From: Desulfuromonadales bacterium
Lineage (GTDB): Bacteria > Desulfobacterota > Desulfuromonadia > Desulfuromonadales > JAAYDE01
Assembly (NCBI GenBank): GCA_963665045.2
Contig: CAXXJQ010000002.1
Span: 22,728 to 86,727, forward strand
Reading direction: 5' to 3'
Length of the DNA stretch: 64,000 nt
Shown here: in pieces, positions 35,804 through 45,149 of the stretch
How positions within the stretch are numbered: the first letter of the stretch is position 1
Layout: each line of letters starts with the position of its first letter
Notes under the pieces: generated by a model
The model's input: only the letters and a program-made list of their open reading frames with translations
Databases searched by the model: none
What the model was told of the DNA's origin: nothing
Program-made: the position numbers and the translations under genes

Positions 35804-36405
35804 GATCTGCCCCCGTCTCCCGTGACCGCCTCTGACTTCACAAATGATTCTCCGGCATAGCTGTTCCAGCGCACGATCTTCTCCATTGTTTTGCGTTGTT
35901 TGGGCTGATCCGCTGGGTCGGCGGCATAACCCAGGGTGATAATGAGGCCGACCCGGCTCTTTTGCGGGATGCCGAGCAAAGTGCGCGCCCCCTTTTCATT
36001 AAACCAGCCGAGCATACAGGTCCCCAAACCTTCAGCGGTCGCTTGCAGGCAAAAATGCTCGGCGGCAATACCGAGATCAATCCAGGGAAAATCCCGTTTT
36101 TTGACAACTGCGCCCAGGCTTGAAGTCCAGTTGGGTTTTTCAACCACGACCACCACATGCACCGGCGCCTGCCTGGCAAAACGATTGAGGGGCAGCCAGG
36201 AATCATTGGTCAAATCCGCCAGGGCGTTTTTCATGTGCGACTCGTCGACCACAATAAATGTCCACGGCTGGGCATTGCAGGCCGATGGGGCCAACCTGGC
36301 AGCCTCCAGACAACGTAAAATTTTCTTTTTTTCCACAGGGTCGGGTCGATAGGCCCTGACGCTGCGGCGCTTCCTGACCAGGGATAGGAACTCGTCGGCT
36401 CTCAT
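35800..36405 (-). CDS. Nitroreductase-family protein
   Basis: 201 aa. RRSVRAY, LEAARLAPSACNAQPW and a C-terminal glycine-rich segment. 4-nt overlap with the downstream gene. Confidence 0.8.
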   Translation of the reverse strand: MRADEFLSLVRKRRSVRAYRPDPVEKKKILRCLEAARLAPSACNAQPWTFIVVDESHMKNALADLTNDSWLPLNRFARQAPVHVVVVVEKPNWTSSLGAVVKKRDFPWIDLGIAAEHFCLQATAEGLGTCMLGWFNEKGARTLLGIPQKSRVGLIITLGYAADPADQPKQRKTMEKIVRWNSYAGESFVKSEAVTGDGGRS

Positions 36406-36799
36406 GAGATGTATCCTATAATGTTACTATTCACCCTGCAAGTTTATGACTTCACCGCACTTCACAAAACGCAGAAAACCATCCTGGGGCATGACCTGCA
36501 ACCGTCCCGACACCAAATGGCACCTAGGAGTCTGTCGAACTTAGGCATGAATCTACTGTGAAAAAGGTAAATTGGTCCATATTTCCGCAAATTTTCGACA
36601 AATAGTCCCGCTATTCGCTCTCAAATTTGCAAAAATCTGCTCTCAATTTCCCTTTTTCTCGTTAAGATCCCCCAAGTCCGACAAACTCCTAGGCACATCG
36701 TTGAATAAAGCACCCTACAGTATTAAAGGAGTTGGGCAAGAGAGGACCAAACGCCCAAAGATGGCAACAGTTCATCTACCGGAAAGGGTCGAAAGCTTT

Positions 36800-37471
36800 T
36801 TATTCTCCACAAGCCCGTTTAGAGGGGAAAGATTTTTTCCAGCGGAACAAGTGCATCGGCGGAACGTTGAAAAGCTCCATCTCGGTTTCCGGTATGCCGA
36901 ACGCTTTTTTACCGAGATCAGCCACCCGTTTGCGAAACTGGTAGGCAACAAAATAACCTCCCGGAGCCAGAGACGCCCAAATGGCCTCCAGAATCCGTCC
37001 CCCCCGGCCCGGTGGCATAGTGGAGAAAGGAATCCCCGAGACCACGGCATCGGGGCAGGAAACATCGTAATACCTAAGAACTTCCTGCAGTTTTTCAGCA
37101 CTTCCATGATGAACGATAAGACGGGGATCATCAACGCTTTTGAGGAGACTCACAAATTGAGGATCGATTTCAATGGCAAGAAGCCTGGCATCATGGGGCA
37201 GAGCATCAAGAATGGCACGGGTCGTCCCGCCTGTCCCCGGGCCTAGTTCAACCACCAGGCGAGCCTTCTCCACCAGGGCGGCAGATACGATCCGTTTTTC
37301 AAGATATCGGGAACTCGGAACGATGGAACCGACCAGTTCCGGATGACGGAGAAAACCTTTTAAAAAAGCCAGTCCAGATCTATTCCATCGCCCGTTCCCT
37401 CCTTTAATGCCATTTTTCATAAGTATCTTCGCCCTCCAATAAGCACGCATTTTTATTTTGAGGCCATTCAC
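36800..37471 (-). CDS. Class I SAM-dependent methyltransferase (rRNA adenine dimethylase-like / phospholipid N-methyltransferase-like)
   Basis: FLKGFLRHPELVGSIVPSSRYL and VVELGPGTGGTT motifs. The true start may be an internal Met. Confidence 0.65.
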   Translation of the reverse strand: MNGLKIKMRAYWRAKILMKNGIKGGNGRWNRSGLAFLKGFLRHPELVGSIVPSSRYLEKRIVSAALVEKARLVVELGPGTGGTTRAILDALPHDARLLAIEIDPQFVSLLKSVDDPRLIVHHGSAEKLQEVLRYYDVSCPDAVVSGIPFSTMPPGRGGRILEAIWASLAPGGYFVAYQFRKRVADLGKKAFGIPETEMELFNVPPMHLFRWKKSFPSKRACGE

Positions 37472-37536
37472 CCTGGTTTTTTTTCAAGCTTAACAGAAAT
37501 TTTGTTTCTTTCTTTTCCCGGAAAACTTCAATTTTT

Positions 37537-37580
37537 GAAACTATTCAGCGCAAGGACTCGTGTCGCCCATGGAAAGGGCA
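37537..37580. repeat. Left-half copy of the palindromic repeat family
   Basis: GAAACTATTCAGCGCAAGGACTCGTGTCGCCCATGGAAAGGGCA matches 13518..13560 nearly base for base, then diverges into a CCGGGG-TTCCGT-CCCCGG hairpin. Confidence 0.6.
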
Positions 37581-37817
37581 TCTGGCGCCGGGGTTCCGTC
37601 CCCGGACGACGCATTACTCTTTTAACTTAATACTATCAGTTTCACCGGACCGCGGTCTTCATGTTAGCCCTGATTATTCATAATTTATAACAAAAAATTT
37701 TGCAAATGCTGGACGGGACCTCGGCCAACTGGTAATATTGTTATTGGTTAATTAACTATTTGATTTTTCTTTGTTTTTCAGCACTATAACTGAATTCTTC
37801 TACTTGAGGACGGCATT

Positions 37818-38798
37818 ATGAGCGACAAGGTACATTACTCGGATCTGGGTCTCGAAAATACCAGGGCAATGTTTGCCAAGGCCGTTGATGGCGGCTACGC
37901 TATCCCTGCCTACAACTTCAACAACCTGGAACAGCTTCAGGCCATCATCATGGCCTGCGCGGAAACCTCCTCGCCGGTTATCGTCCAGGTCAGCAAGGGT
38001 GCCCGCAATTACGCCAACAGCACCATGTTGCGCTACATGGCCATGGGCGCCGTGAAAATGGTCAGGGAGATGGGCTCGCAGATACCCATCTGCCTCCACC
38101 TCGATCATGGCGACACCTTTGAACTGTGCAAGTCCTGCGTCGATTCCGGATTTTCTTCGGTAATGATCGACGGCTCCCACCTCCCCTACGATGAAAACGT
38201 CGCCCTGACCAGGCAGGTGGTCGAGTATGCCCATCAGCACGACGTCTGCGTCGAAGGGGAACTGGGCGTCCTGGCCGGCATCGAAGATGAAGTGCAGGCT
38301 GAAAAATCGACCTACACCCAACCTGAGGAAGTTGTCGACTTCGTCTCCAAAACCGGAGTCGACTCTCTGGCTATTTCCATCGGCACCAGCCACGGCGCCT
38401 ACAAATTCAAGATCAAGCCCGGCGAACCGCCCCCGACCCTGCGTTTCGACATCCTTAAACAAGTCGAAAAGGAACTTCCCGGCTTCCCCATCGTCCTTCA
38501 CGGCGCATCAAGCGTCGTCCAGGAATACGTCCAGCTCATTAACCGGTACGGCGGCAAAATGGAGGGGGCCATCGGCATCCCGGAAGACCAGTTGAGGAAA
38601 GCTGCGGCCAGCGCGGTGTGCAAAATCAACATCGACTCCGACGGCCGCCTCGCCGTCACCGCCAAGATCAGGGAGTACCTGACCAATAACCCGAGCGAGT
38701 TCGACCCGCGCAAATACCTGGGAGAAGCCCGCAAGGAACTGATCAAGCTGGTCAAACACAAAAACGAGACCGTTCTCGGCAGTGCCGGAAAAGCCTGA
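37818..38798 (+). CDS. fba: Class II fructose-1,6-bisphosphate aldolase
   Basis: 326 aa. Motifs YAIPAYNFNNLEQ, LHLDHG, VMIDGSHLP, EGELG, AISIGTSHGAYKF and LHGASS. Confidence 0.9.
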   Translation: MSDKVHYSDLGLENTRAMFAKAVDGGYAIPAYNFNNLEQLQAIIMACAETSSPVIVQVSKGARNYANSTMLRYMAMGAVKMVREMGSQIPICLHLDHGDTFELCKSCVDSGFSSVMIDGSHLPYDENVALTRQVVEYAHQHDVCVEGELGVLAGIEDEVQAEKSTYTQPEEVVDFVSKTGVDSLAISIGTSHGAYKFKIKPGEPPPTLRFDILKQVEKELPGFPIVLHGASSVVQEYVQLINRYGGKMEGAIGIPEDQLRKAAASAVCKINIDSDGRLAVTAKIREYLTNNPSEFDPRKYLGEARKELIKLVKHKNETVLGSAGKA

Positions 38799-38816
38799 AA
38801 ATATCACGAAGAGATT

Positions 38817-38849
38817 AAATGGCCCGATCCATTTTTGGACGGGCCATTT
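38817..38849 (+). terminator. Hairpin terminator after fba
   Basis: AAATGGCCCG-13 nt-CGGGCCATTT, 19 nt after the stop. The T tract is weak. Confidence 0.45.
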
Positions 38850-38889
38850 AAATGACTTTTATTTGGCGACTCGCAAGACACATTTTCCT

Positions 38890-38966
38890 AGAGTCAAACG
38901 GAGATTTAACCCCTCCGCCCGGATCCCCCAACTAACACCAAGAGTCAAACGGAGACTTGACCCCTC
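38890..38966 (+). repeat. Two 26-bp direct repeats spaced 51 bp apart
   Basis: AGAGTCAAACGGAGATTTAACCCCTC (38890..38915) and AGAGTCAAACGGAGACTTGACCCCTC (38941..38966) share 24 of 26 positions. Cross-checked against ORF 38782..39111, which reads PRVKRRFNPS/PRVKRRLDPS. Confidence 0.6.
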
Positions 38967-39262
38967 TGCAGACCCCTCGACCCATTGTCTTCCCGGTCAA
39001 TCGGATGGAACGGGAGGGCTGGTGCGGCAAAAACCGGGCAAAAAAACGAAAAGCGATAAGTCACGCTTTCCGACGGGGGTTTTTGTTGACAAAGGGGTGT
39101 GTGTGCATTAGAAATTTATTAAAACAGCTACTCGGTGGGGTCGATTTAACTCCGTAACGCCACTGGAGTAGCGACTCCGCAAAAAGCGATTTCTTTTCAA
39201 CAACGTTTTCTAACTCCATAACGGAACCGATCCTTTTCACTAAACGGGCAAGGAGGTCAACT

Positions 39263-40549
39263 ATGGCAGCTGTTTCTCAGAAAGATTTCACCGAGGCTCT
39301 CTCTACGGGTCGTCCTCCCAATATCGTAAAACTTTTTCCCAATTCAAAAGCACTTATCGTCAGCGGCAAGGCCATCGACAGAGCTCTCATGGCAAAGGGA
39401 AAAGCGATGACCATAGCCGCCAACGGACGCAACCTGCTTGTCGTTCGCGGAGCCCTTGCCGCCGCCCAGCGCGCCAACGCCGCCATCATCCTTGAAATCG
39501 CCAAATCTGAGGGGGGCGCCGGGGCCTATTGCGCCGTAAACTTCTGGAACCTGGCAAGGATTGTTGATTCTCTCGCCAACGAAATGGGGATCACGGTACC
39601 GGTAGCAATCCATGGGGATCATTACGGAATCAAGGGCGACTCCGACGTGGAAAAAGCCAAGATAGAAATTCCATCCCTTTTCGATGCGGGTTTAACCTCC
39701 ATCGCCATCGATGCCTCCCACCTCCCGGACGAAAAGAACCTCCAGGCAAGCATCGACCTGGCGGGTTACGTTCCAGCGTGGGCGGGCCTGGAAACGGAGG
39801 TCGGGGAGATCAAGGGCAAGGAGGGGTTATCCACCGTGGAAGAAGCCCTTTACCTGATCCAGGGGCTTAATGCCCATGACATCTTCCCCGACTGGATTGC
39901 CCTCAACAACGGGACGACGCACGGCATCGAGGAGAGCGAAGCGGGGATCCAGGTGGAACTCACGGCCAGTATTCATCAGGCCCTGAAACCGTACGGGGTC
40001 TCGGGCGCCCAGCATGGAACTTCTGGAAACAGCAGCGAGAGGCTGCGCAGGATCACCGCCGAGACCGCCACGACCAAAGCCAACGTGGCTACGGCCCTGC
40101 AGATGATCTCATGGGGAGTCAAGGTCAACGATTACGGAAACGCGCAGCTGGATAAAAACGGGGAGTTTCAACGCGCCCCCAAAGCCGGCGTCACGGACGA
40201 TATGTGGGACCAGATGGTCAAGTACGCCCAGGAGAAAGGATGGAAAAAGGGAGACTACAAGAAATTGAACCTTCCTTTCGAGAACAAACTTCTGGGTCAG
40301 TCGCGGGATATCCGGGAGCGGATGGCAAAGTCCGTGGAAGATTTTGTGTATACCTTGCTGACCTCTGTCTTCAACGCAGCCGATACGGCGCCCCTGGCGG
40401 TGGAAGCCATCCTGGCGGCCGGCTCCTACGACCTTGGGGCGAAGGTCGGGAGGATAGAGGATCCAGCACAGTGGGATGCTGAAGGGATAAAGGCAAAAGC
40501 GGCGGCTCTGGATGCGGATAAAGGCCCGCAGGGGGATTTCGCGGACTAA
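39263..40549 (+). CDS. Long-form class II aldolase-family protein (fructose/ketose-bisphosphate aldolase-like, 428 aa)
   Basis: Motifs IILEIAKSEGG, AIHGDHYG, SIAIDASHLP, ETEVGEIKG, LNNGTTHG and GAQHGTSG parallel the class II FBA metal/substrate motifs, with about 100 extra C-terminal residues. Confidence 0.7.
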   Translation: MAAVSQKDFTEALSTGRPPNIVKLFPNSKALIVSGKAIDRALMAKGKAMTIAANGRNLLVVRGALAAAQRANAAIILEIAKSEGGAGAYCAVNFWNLARIVDSLANEMGITVPVAIHGDHYGIKGDSDVEKAKIEIPSLFDAGLTSIAIDASHLPDEKNLQASIDLAGYVPAWAGLETEVGEIKGKEGLSTVEEALYLIQGLNAHDIFPDWIALNNGTTHGIEESEAGIQVELTASIHQALKPYGVSGAQHGTSGNSSERLRRITAETATTKANVATALQMISWGVKVNDYGNAQLDKNGEFQRAPKAGVTDDMWDQMVKYAQEKGWKKGDYKKLNLPFENKLLGQSRDIRERMAKSVEDFVYTLLTSVFNAADTAPLAVEAILAAGSYDLGAKVGRIEDPAQWDAEGIKAKAAALDADKGPQGDFAD

Positions 40550-40602
40550 AAAACGGTCCAATATTCAATATTTCATGGCAATAAAACGAAGGATGCCCGG
40601 TC

Positions 40603-41772
40603 TTGAAAAAAAATATTAAAAATTGGTCTGCATTACATTTTCTGGCATCTTTGGGCTCAGGGGGGATGGTGGTTACTTTTTTTATGTACCTGCTGTTTTG
40701 GGTGCCTCATCCCGGCAGGCCTATTCCGGTCTTTACTGACTGGTTTTCTCATATACAAACAGCCGGTACAAGCAGGCAGGGTATGATTCTGCTCGGGCTT
40801 GCCGGCATTTTAGCATTCGGCTGGCTTCATTTCAGATGGCTGATTTTAAATTTCAGTCAATACCGTAGTTTTAAAAAAAACGGAGGCATTGAGAAAATCA
40901 CCGGTACCAACGCCCACACGCAACTCATGGCGATACCCTTGACTTATGCTATGAGCATTAACGTGTGTTTTATAATTTCAGCCATTTTTATCCCCCATTT
41001 ATGGGGAATCGTTGAATGGCTTTTTCCCTTTTCCATACTTCTTTTTTTAATAGTTGGTATATGGGCCAGTCGGATTTACCTAGCTTTTTTCAGCCATGTC
41101 CTGCAACACGGAAGCTTTGATCATACGGCCAACAACTCACTCAGCCAACTTCTGCCCAGTTTTGCCTTTGCCATGATCGGTGTTGGTCTCGCCGCCCCAG
41201 CTGCAATGAGTCACAATAATATCGTAATCGGCATCAGCTACCTGTTATCGATTTTCTTTACCACAGGTGCTTTGTTCCTGGGCATGATCAAATTGGTTAT
41301 CGGTATGAATGACATGTTCAAACATGGTGTCTCTCGAGCCTCATTACCAACACTTTGGGTGGTTATCCCCATATTGACTACAGCAGGTATTGCAATGATG
41401 CGGTTAAGTCATGGTCTTCATACGTTGGAACTCGGCCATGGAGCATCAAACTTTATTCTACTGGCCATTATTTTTTCTATTCAGATAGTATTTTTTCTTT
41501 TGGGTTGGGCTGTCATGAAACGAATGAATTATTTCCAGACACTTCTCAATCACGAGGAAAATTCACCGGTTACGCTGGCTCTTATCTGCCCCGGAGTTGC
41601 TTTTGTTGTCATGGGCCATTTTGTGGTTAACAAGGTGATAGTGGCAAGCGGCATTATCAGTAAATTTGGGGCGGTTTACATTGGGCTTTCTTTTTTATTG
41701 ATAGTTCTGCAATTCATTACGGGGTGGTTATTAGTAAGGCTTGCAGGCGAACAGTTCAAATATTCAGAGTAG
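40603..41772 (+). CDS. Polytopic membrane protein of unknown function (~10 TM)
   Basis: 389-aa ORF (TTG start), strongly hydrophobic with regularly spaced helices. No motif I can assign. Lower GC than its neighbours. Confidence 0.55.
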   Translation: MKKNIKNWSALHFLASLGSGGMVVTFFMYLLFWVPHPGRPIPVFTDWFSHIQTAGTSRQGMILLGLAGILAFGWLHFRWLILNFSQYRSFKKNGGIEKITGTNAHTQLMAIPLTYAMSINVCFIISAIFIPHLWGIVEWLFPFSILLFLIVGIWASRIYLAFFSHVLQHGSFDHTANNSLSQLLPSFAFAMIGVGLAAPAAMSHNNIVIGISYLLSIFFTTGALFLGMIKLVIGMNDMFKHGVSRASLPTLWVVIPILTTAGIAMMRLSHGLHTLELGHGASNFILLAIIFSIQIVFFLLGWAVMKRMNYFQTLLNHEENSPVTLALICPGVAFVVMGHFVVNKVIVASGIISKFGAVYIGLSFLLIVLQFITGWLLVRLAGEQFKYSE

Positions 41773-41952
41773 AAAAAATTGGGCCATTATTCACCTTGTC
41801 GGCCGATGCCCTTGCCCCCACCCATGGCAAGGGCCGCATCAAGCCATGCATGGGACTCAACCGCCGCATTCATGGGCCAGCTTGCCTTTTCATGGGTGCC
41901 AAAAGTTCATTTAACTCTAATGTGCTGAACAGTTTCGGGGAATAATTTGCCC

Positions 41953-42783
41953 ATGGATGCCGAAATCGTTTTGTTTGCCTTTGGGCTGACTCTTCTGGCA
42001 GGTCTTGCCACCGGCATAGGCAGCGCCCTGGCCTTTTTTATGAAGACCACCAATACAAGGTTCTTGTCATTGGCCCTTGGTTTTTCAGCAGGAGTTATGA
42101 TCTATGTATCCTTTGTCGAGATTTTTTTTAAAGCCAAGGAGGAGTTAATCACGGTCTTGGGTGAGGGGCCGGGTACATGGGCGACGGTCGGGGCATTTTT
42201 CGGTGGGATCGCACTTATTGCTTTTATAGATTTACTTGTTCCAAACTATGAGAACCCCCACGAACTTCATTCCATTGAAGAGATGGAGCAGGGAATCGAA
42301 AAACTTCCTCAGAACCAGTCGCACGATTTTGCCAAACTTCACCGTATGGGGCTTTTTACTGCTTTGGCCATCGGCATTCACAATTTTCCTGAGGGGCTGG
42401 CGACATTTACCGCAGGCCTGACCGACCCTCAACTTGGAGTGGCCATTGCTGTAGCTATCGCCATCCATAATATTCCCGAGGGAATCGCCGTCTCTGTCCC
42501 CATTTATTATGCCACCGGCAGTCGGCGAAAGGCTTTCAGGCTTTCTTTTCTTTCAGGCCTTTCCGAACCAGTCGGAGCTCTGGTGGGATACCTTATCCTT
42601 CTGCCATTTTTCTCGCCGGCAGTTTTCGGAATACTCTTTGCCGGCGTAGCCGGAATTATGGTTTACATTTCATTGGATGAGTTATTACCGGCGGCGCAGG
42701 AATATGGTGAACATCATTTTTCTATTGTCGGACTTATCGGTGGCATGGCTGTCATGGCTTTGAGTCTTCTCATGTTCATCTGA
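41953..42783 (+). CDS. zupT: ZIP-family zinc transporter ZupT
   Basis: HNFPEGLA and [12 protein letters not shown] motifs with 8 TM helices. ATG at 41953; the track TTG is at 41947. Confidence 0.85.
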   Translation: MDAEIVLFAFGLTLLAGLATGIGSALAFFMKTTNTRFLSLALGFSAGVMIYVSFVEIFFKAKEELITVLGEGPGTWATVGAFFGGIALIAFIDLLVPNYENPHELHSIEEMEQGIEKLPQNQSHDFAKLHRMGLFTALAIGIHNFPEGLATFTAGLTDPQLGVAIAVAIAIHNIPEGIAVSVPIYYATGSRRKAFRLSFLSGLSEPVGALVGYLILLPFFSPAVFGILFAGVAGIMVYISLDELLPAAQEYGEHHFSIVGLIGGMAVMALSLLMFI

Positions 42784-43201
42784 AAAAATGTTTTGGGGCT
42801 GGAAGGAAGAAAAAACCAAAGCTTTGGCTAAAGAAGGACGATTGGAATAAAATTGAATCCAAAAATTGTCCCCAAAAAGAATAAAAATGGTTTGTCCCAA
42901 AATTAATCGGGCCATTTTTTCTTTCGGTAGAATTTTTGGTACACATTAGCAATTTGCCAACCCCCTTTTTGTTATTGTTTGCGGTGACTTGATAATGGAG
43001 CCCTGCTTATTTTCCTTTTGGAACCAACGTTTTTTGGCGCTTTCCCTGCCCAAAAATAAAAAAAGTTTCCAGATAACCTGCCGAAGTTGCAACTTTTACC
43101 ACCTGTGATAACGTTCCTTAAAGATATTCTGAACAAGGTATGCAAACAAATATTTTCACCTGCAATTTTTACAGGCTAAAAAACCTGAAAGGAGGAAAGG
43201 A

Positions 43202-43921
43202 ATGGCGGAAAAACCCAAAGCTGGTTGCGCCCGGCCAACCGGGGGGCCGGTCGGCCAGAAAAAACCAGCACAAGCAGATGACAAAACTCAACCACAAGAG
43301 GAGGTAAAGAAAATGATCCAAGTTGGAAAGCCTGCGCCCGATTTTTCCGCTCCTGCTTATCACAAAGGTGATTTTACCTCTGTGCAACTATCGAAATTTC
43401 TTGGCAAATGGGTGGTGCTGTGTTTTTACCCGGGTGACTTCACCTTCGTTTGAGCAACCGAAATAGCGGCGGTCGCCGCTAACTGCGATAAGTTTCGGGA
43501 ACTCGATGTTGAGATATTGTCGATGAGTGTTGACAGTGTTTTTGTTCACAAAATGTGGAACGACAACGAACTGGTAAAAATGGTTAATGGGGGCGTGCCT
43601 TTTCCCATGCTTTCAGACGGCGGTGGGAAGGTCGGAGCCGCCTTTGGAGTATACGATGAAGACGCTGGAGTTGAAAACCGCGGCCGGTTTATTATCGACC
43701 CGGACGGGGTTATCCAGGCCTACGAGGTGCTAACTCCACCCGTGGGCAGGCATGTTGCCGAGACCCTGCGGCAGATCCAAGCCTTCCAACTGGTAAGGGC
43801 CACAGGAGGAGCCGAGGCTACTCCTTCGGGCTGGAAACCCGGGAAAATTACTCTCAAACCCGGCCCTGATCTTGTGGGCAAAGTATGGCAGGTATGGAAA
43901 AAAGACATGGAATCTGATTAG
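43202..43921 (+). CDS. Selenocysteine-containing peroxiredoxin (AhpC/Prx1 type); UGA at 43451..43453 decoded as Sec
   Basis: Track ORFs 43202..43453 and 43517..43921 are in the same frame. Read-through gives [24 protein letters not shown]..., with UGA exactly where FYPxDFTFVCPTE has the peroxidatic Cys. The canonical Prx N-terminus starts at Met38 (43313, GAGGAGG RBS); the ATG at 43202 also has an AGGAGG RBS. Confidence 0.8.
43465..43480 (+). promoter_or_regulatory. Candidate bacterial SECIS hairpin
   Basis: AGCGGC-GGTC-GCCGCT starts 11 nt after the UGA, with a G/U-containing apical loop. Confidence 0.5.
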
Positions 43922-44037
43922 CCCAAAAGGCCAATAGCCGGAAAATTTTGGTTTCTATTCGGATGTCAATCATGCTCTCTTAAATAGCCGTTCGGGGGCG
44001 TTTTCCAGGCCGTTACTGCACTTATCAAACGAAAAAA

Positions 44038-44068
44038 GGGATGGAAGCTTGCTTCCGTCCCTTTTTTT
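44038..44068. terminator. Bidirectional terminator between the prx and mop genes
   Basis: AAAAAA-GGGATGGAAGC-TT-GCTTCCGTCCC-TTTTTTT. Confidence 0.7.
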
Positions 44069-44144
44069 CTCCTGGCCCTGATACCCTATAAACGCTCCAG
44101 CACACCTTTCGCATCCGCAACCACGCGGGATGCACTATTGCGTT

Positions 44145-44360
44145 CTATTGATGATCCACCCCTATCATAATGTTGGAGGCCTTGATCACAGCATAAGCAT
44201 CCTTCCCCTCCTTGAGACCCAAATCCTTCACCGCTTCTTTTGTGATAATGGAAGTGAGGCAGTATCCCCCGGGAAGTTCAAGAATGATTTCCGAATTGAC
44301 TGCTCCTTCGATGACTTTTTTCACTTTCCCCTTGAGGCAATTGCGCGCGCTCAGTTTCAT
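44145..44360 (-). CDS. mop: Molybdate-binding TOBE-domain protein (Mop/molbindin)
   Basis: 71 aa. MKLSARNCLKGKVKKVIEGAVNSEIILEL...AVIKASNIMIG is the classic single TOBE domain. Confidence 0.85.
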   Translation of the reverse strand: MKLSARNCLKGKVKKVIEGAVNSEIILELPGGYCLTSIITKEAVKDLGLKEGKDAYAVIKASNIMIGVDHQ

Positions 44361-45149
44361 AGTGTTCCTCCTTTTGTTTTGCCCTGAATTTCCATTTAAC
44401 TAATTTTAACAAGGGAAAGGCATACTGCAAAAACCTTTTTCCCCGGCAGAAAAAATCAACAGGAGGTAGATTCAATACGCTGAATTCATTTTTCTTGAGT
44501 TTTTCCCGACACAGAACCCCCTCGCCTTTTCTCAAGCAAAAGTCGTTATCCGCTCAGAAACCAGTTTCAACAGCAGGTTCTTCTACCTCGCTGCCTGTCA
44601 ATGGCTTTCGCTCTGAATACAGGGTTATCGGCCTGGCCATAATTTGATCATATCAAATTTGTACATTTACAATTTTGATGAATTTTCATTGTCTTTTCCC
44701 GGAATCCAGTCCATTTTTTAAAAGCCTGAGCAACAATTTTTCCTTCGGCGCTTATGGCAGAAATTGACGGCAAAGAAGAGAACCATGCTTCTCATTCTTT
44801 AAGCCCTACAATTCCTCAACATAAGTATTGGAGGTGCTATCTGGCTGTAATCAAATGTTTTTTTTAAACAAAGCTATCGATTTTTTATATTTTTTATCGA
44901 TATTATTTGATATTTCGAGATATTTATTCTGATCATTTTAAAAGTGGGCCAATGCAGGTGGGGCGGGAGAATATAGCCGGGGGAAAAGAACACAAAAGGA
45001 TTTAACAGTTTTTCCTTTTCCTGAGCAAACAACCTCCCGTAAAGGGCATGGATTTTTTCCGACCAAAGGCTTAGATTTAAAGATAAGAGTTTAACCTTTC
45101 CGTTTTGATGTGCCCAATCCTTTACTGCCTGAAAAACAGCGTGCCGAAG

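Noticed and set aside
36572-37246. 224-aa + strand ORF
   Set aside because: It overlaps the minus-strand methyltransferase, which has a GxGxG SAM motif. It has no family signal.
37800-38501. 233-aa minus-strand ORF
   Set aside because: It is antisense to the class II FBA gene and has Gly/Asp/Val-rich shadow composition.
44361-44560. Possible Moco/Wco riboswitch upstream of mop (minus strand)
   Set aside because: The region has some CCTCC and GGAAAGG-like strings but not the conserved Moco motif arrangement as I remember it. I cannot support it without cmsearch (RF01055).
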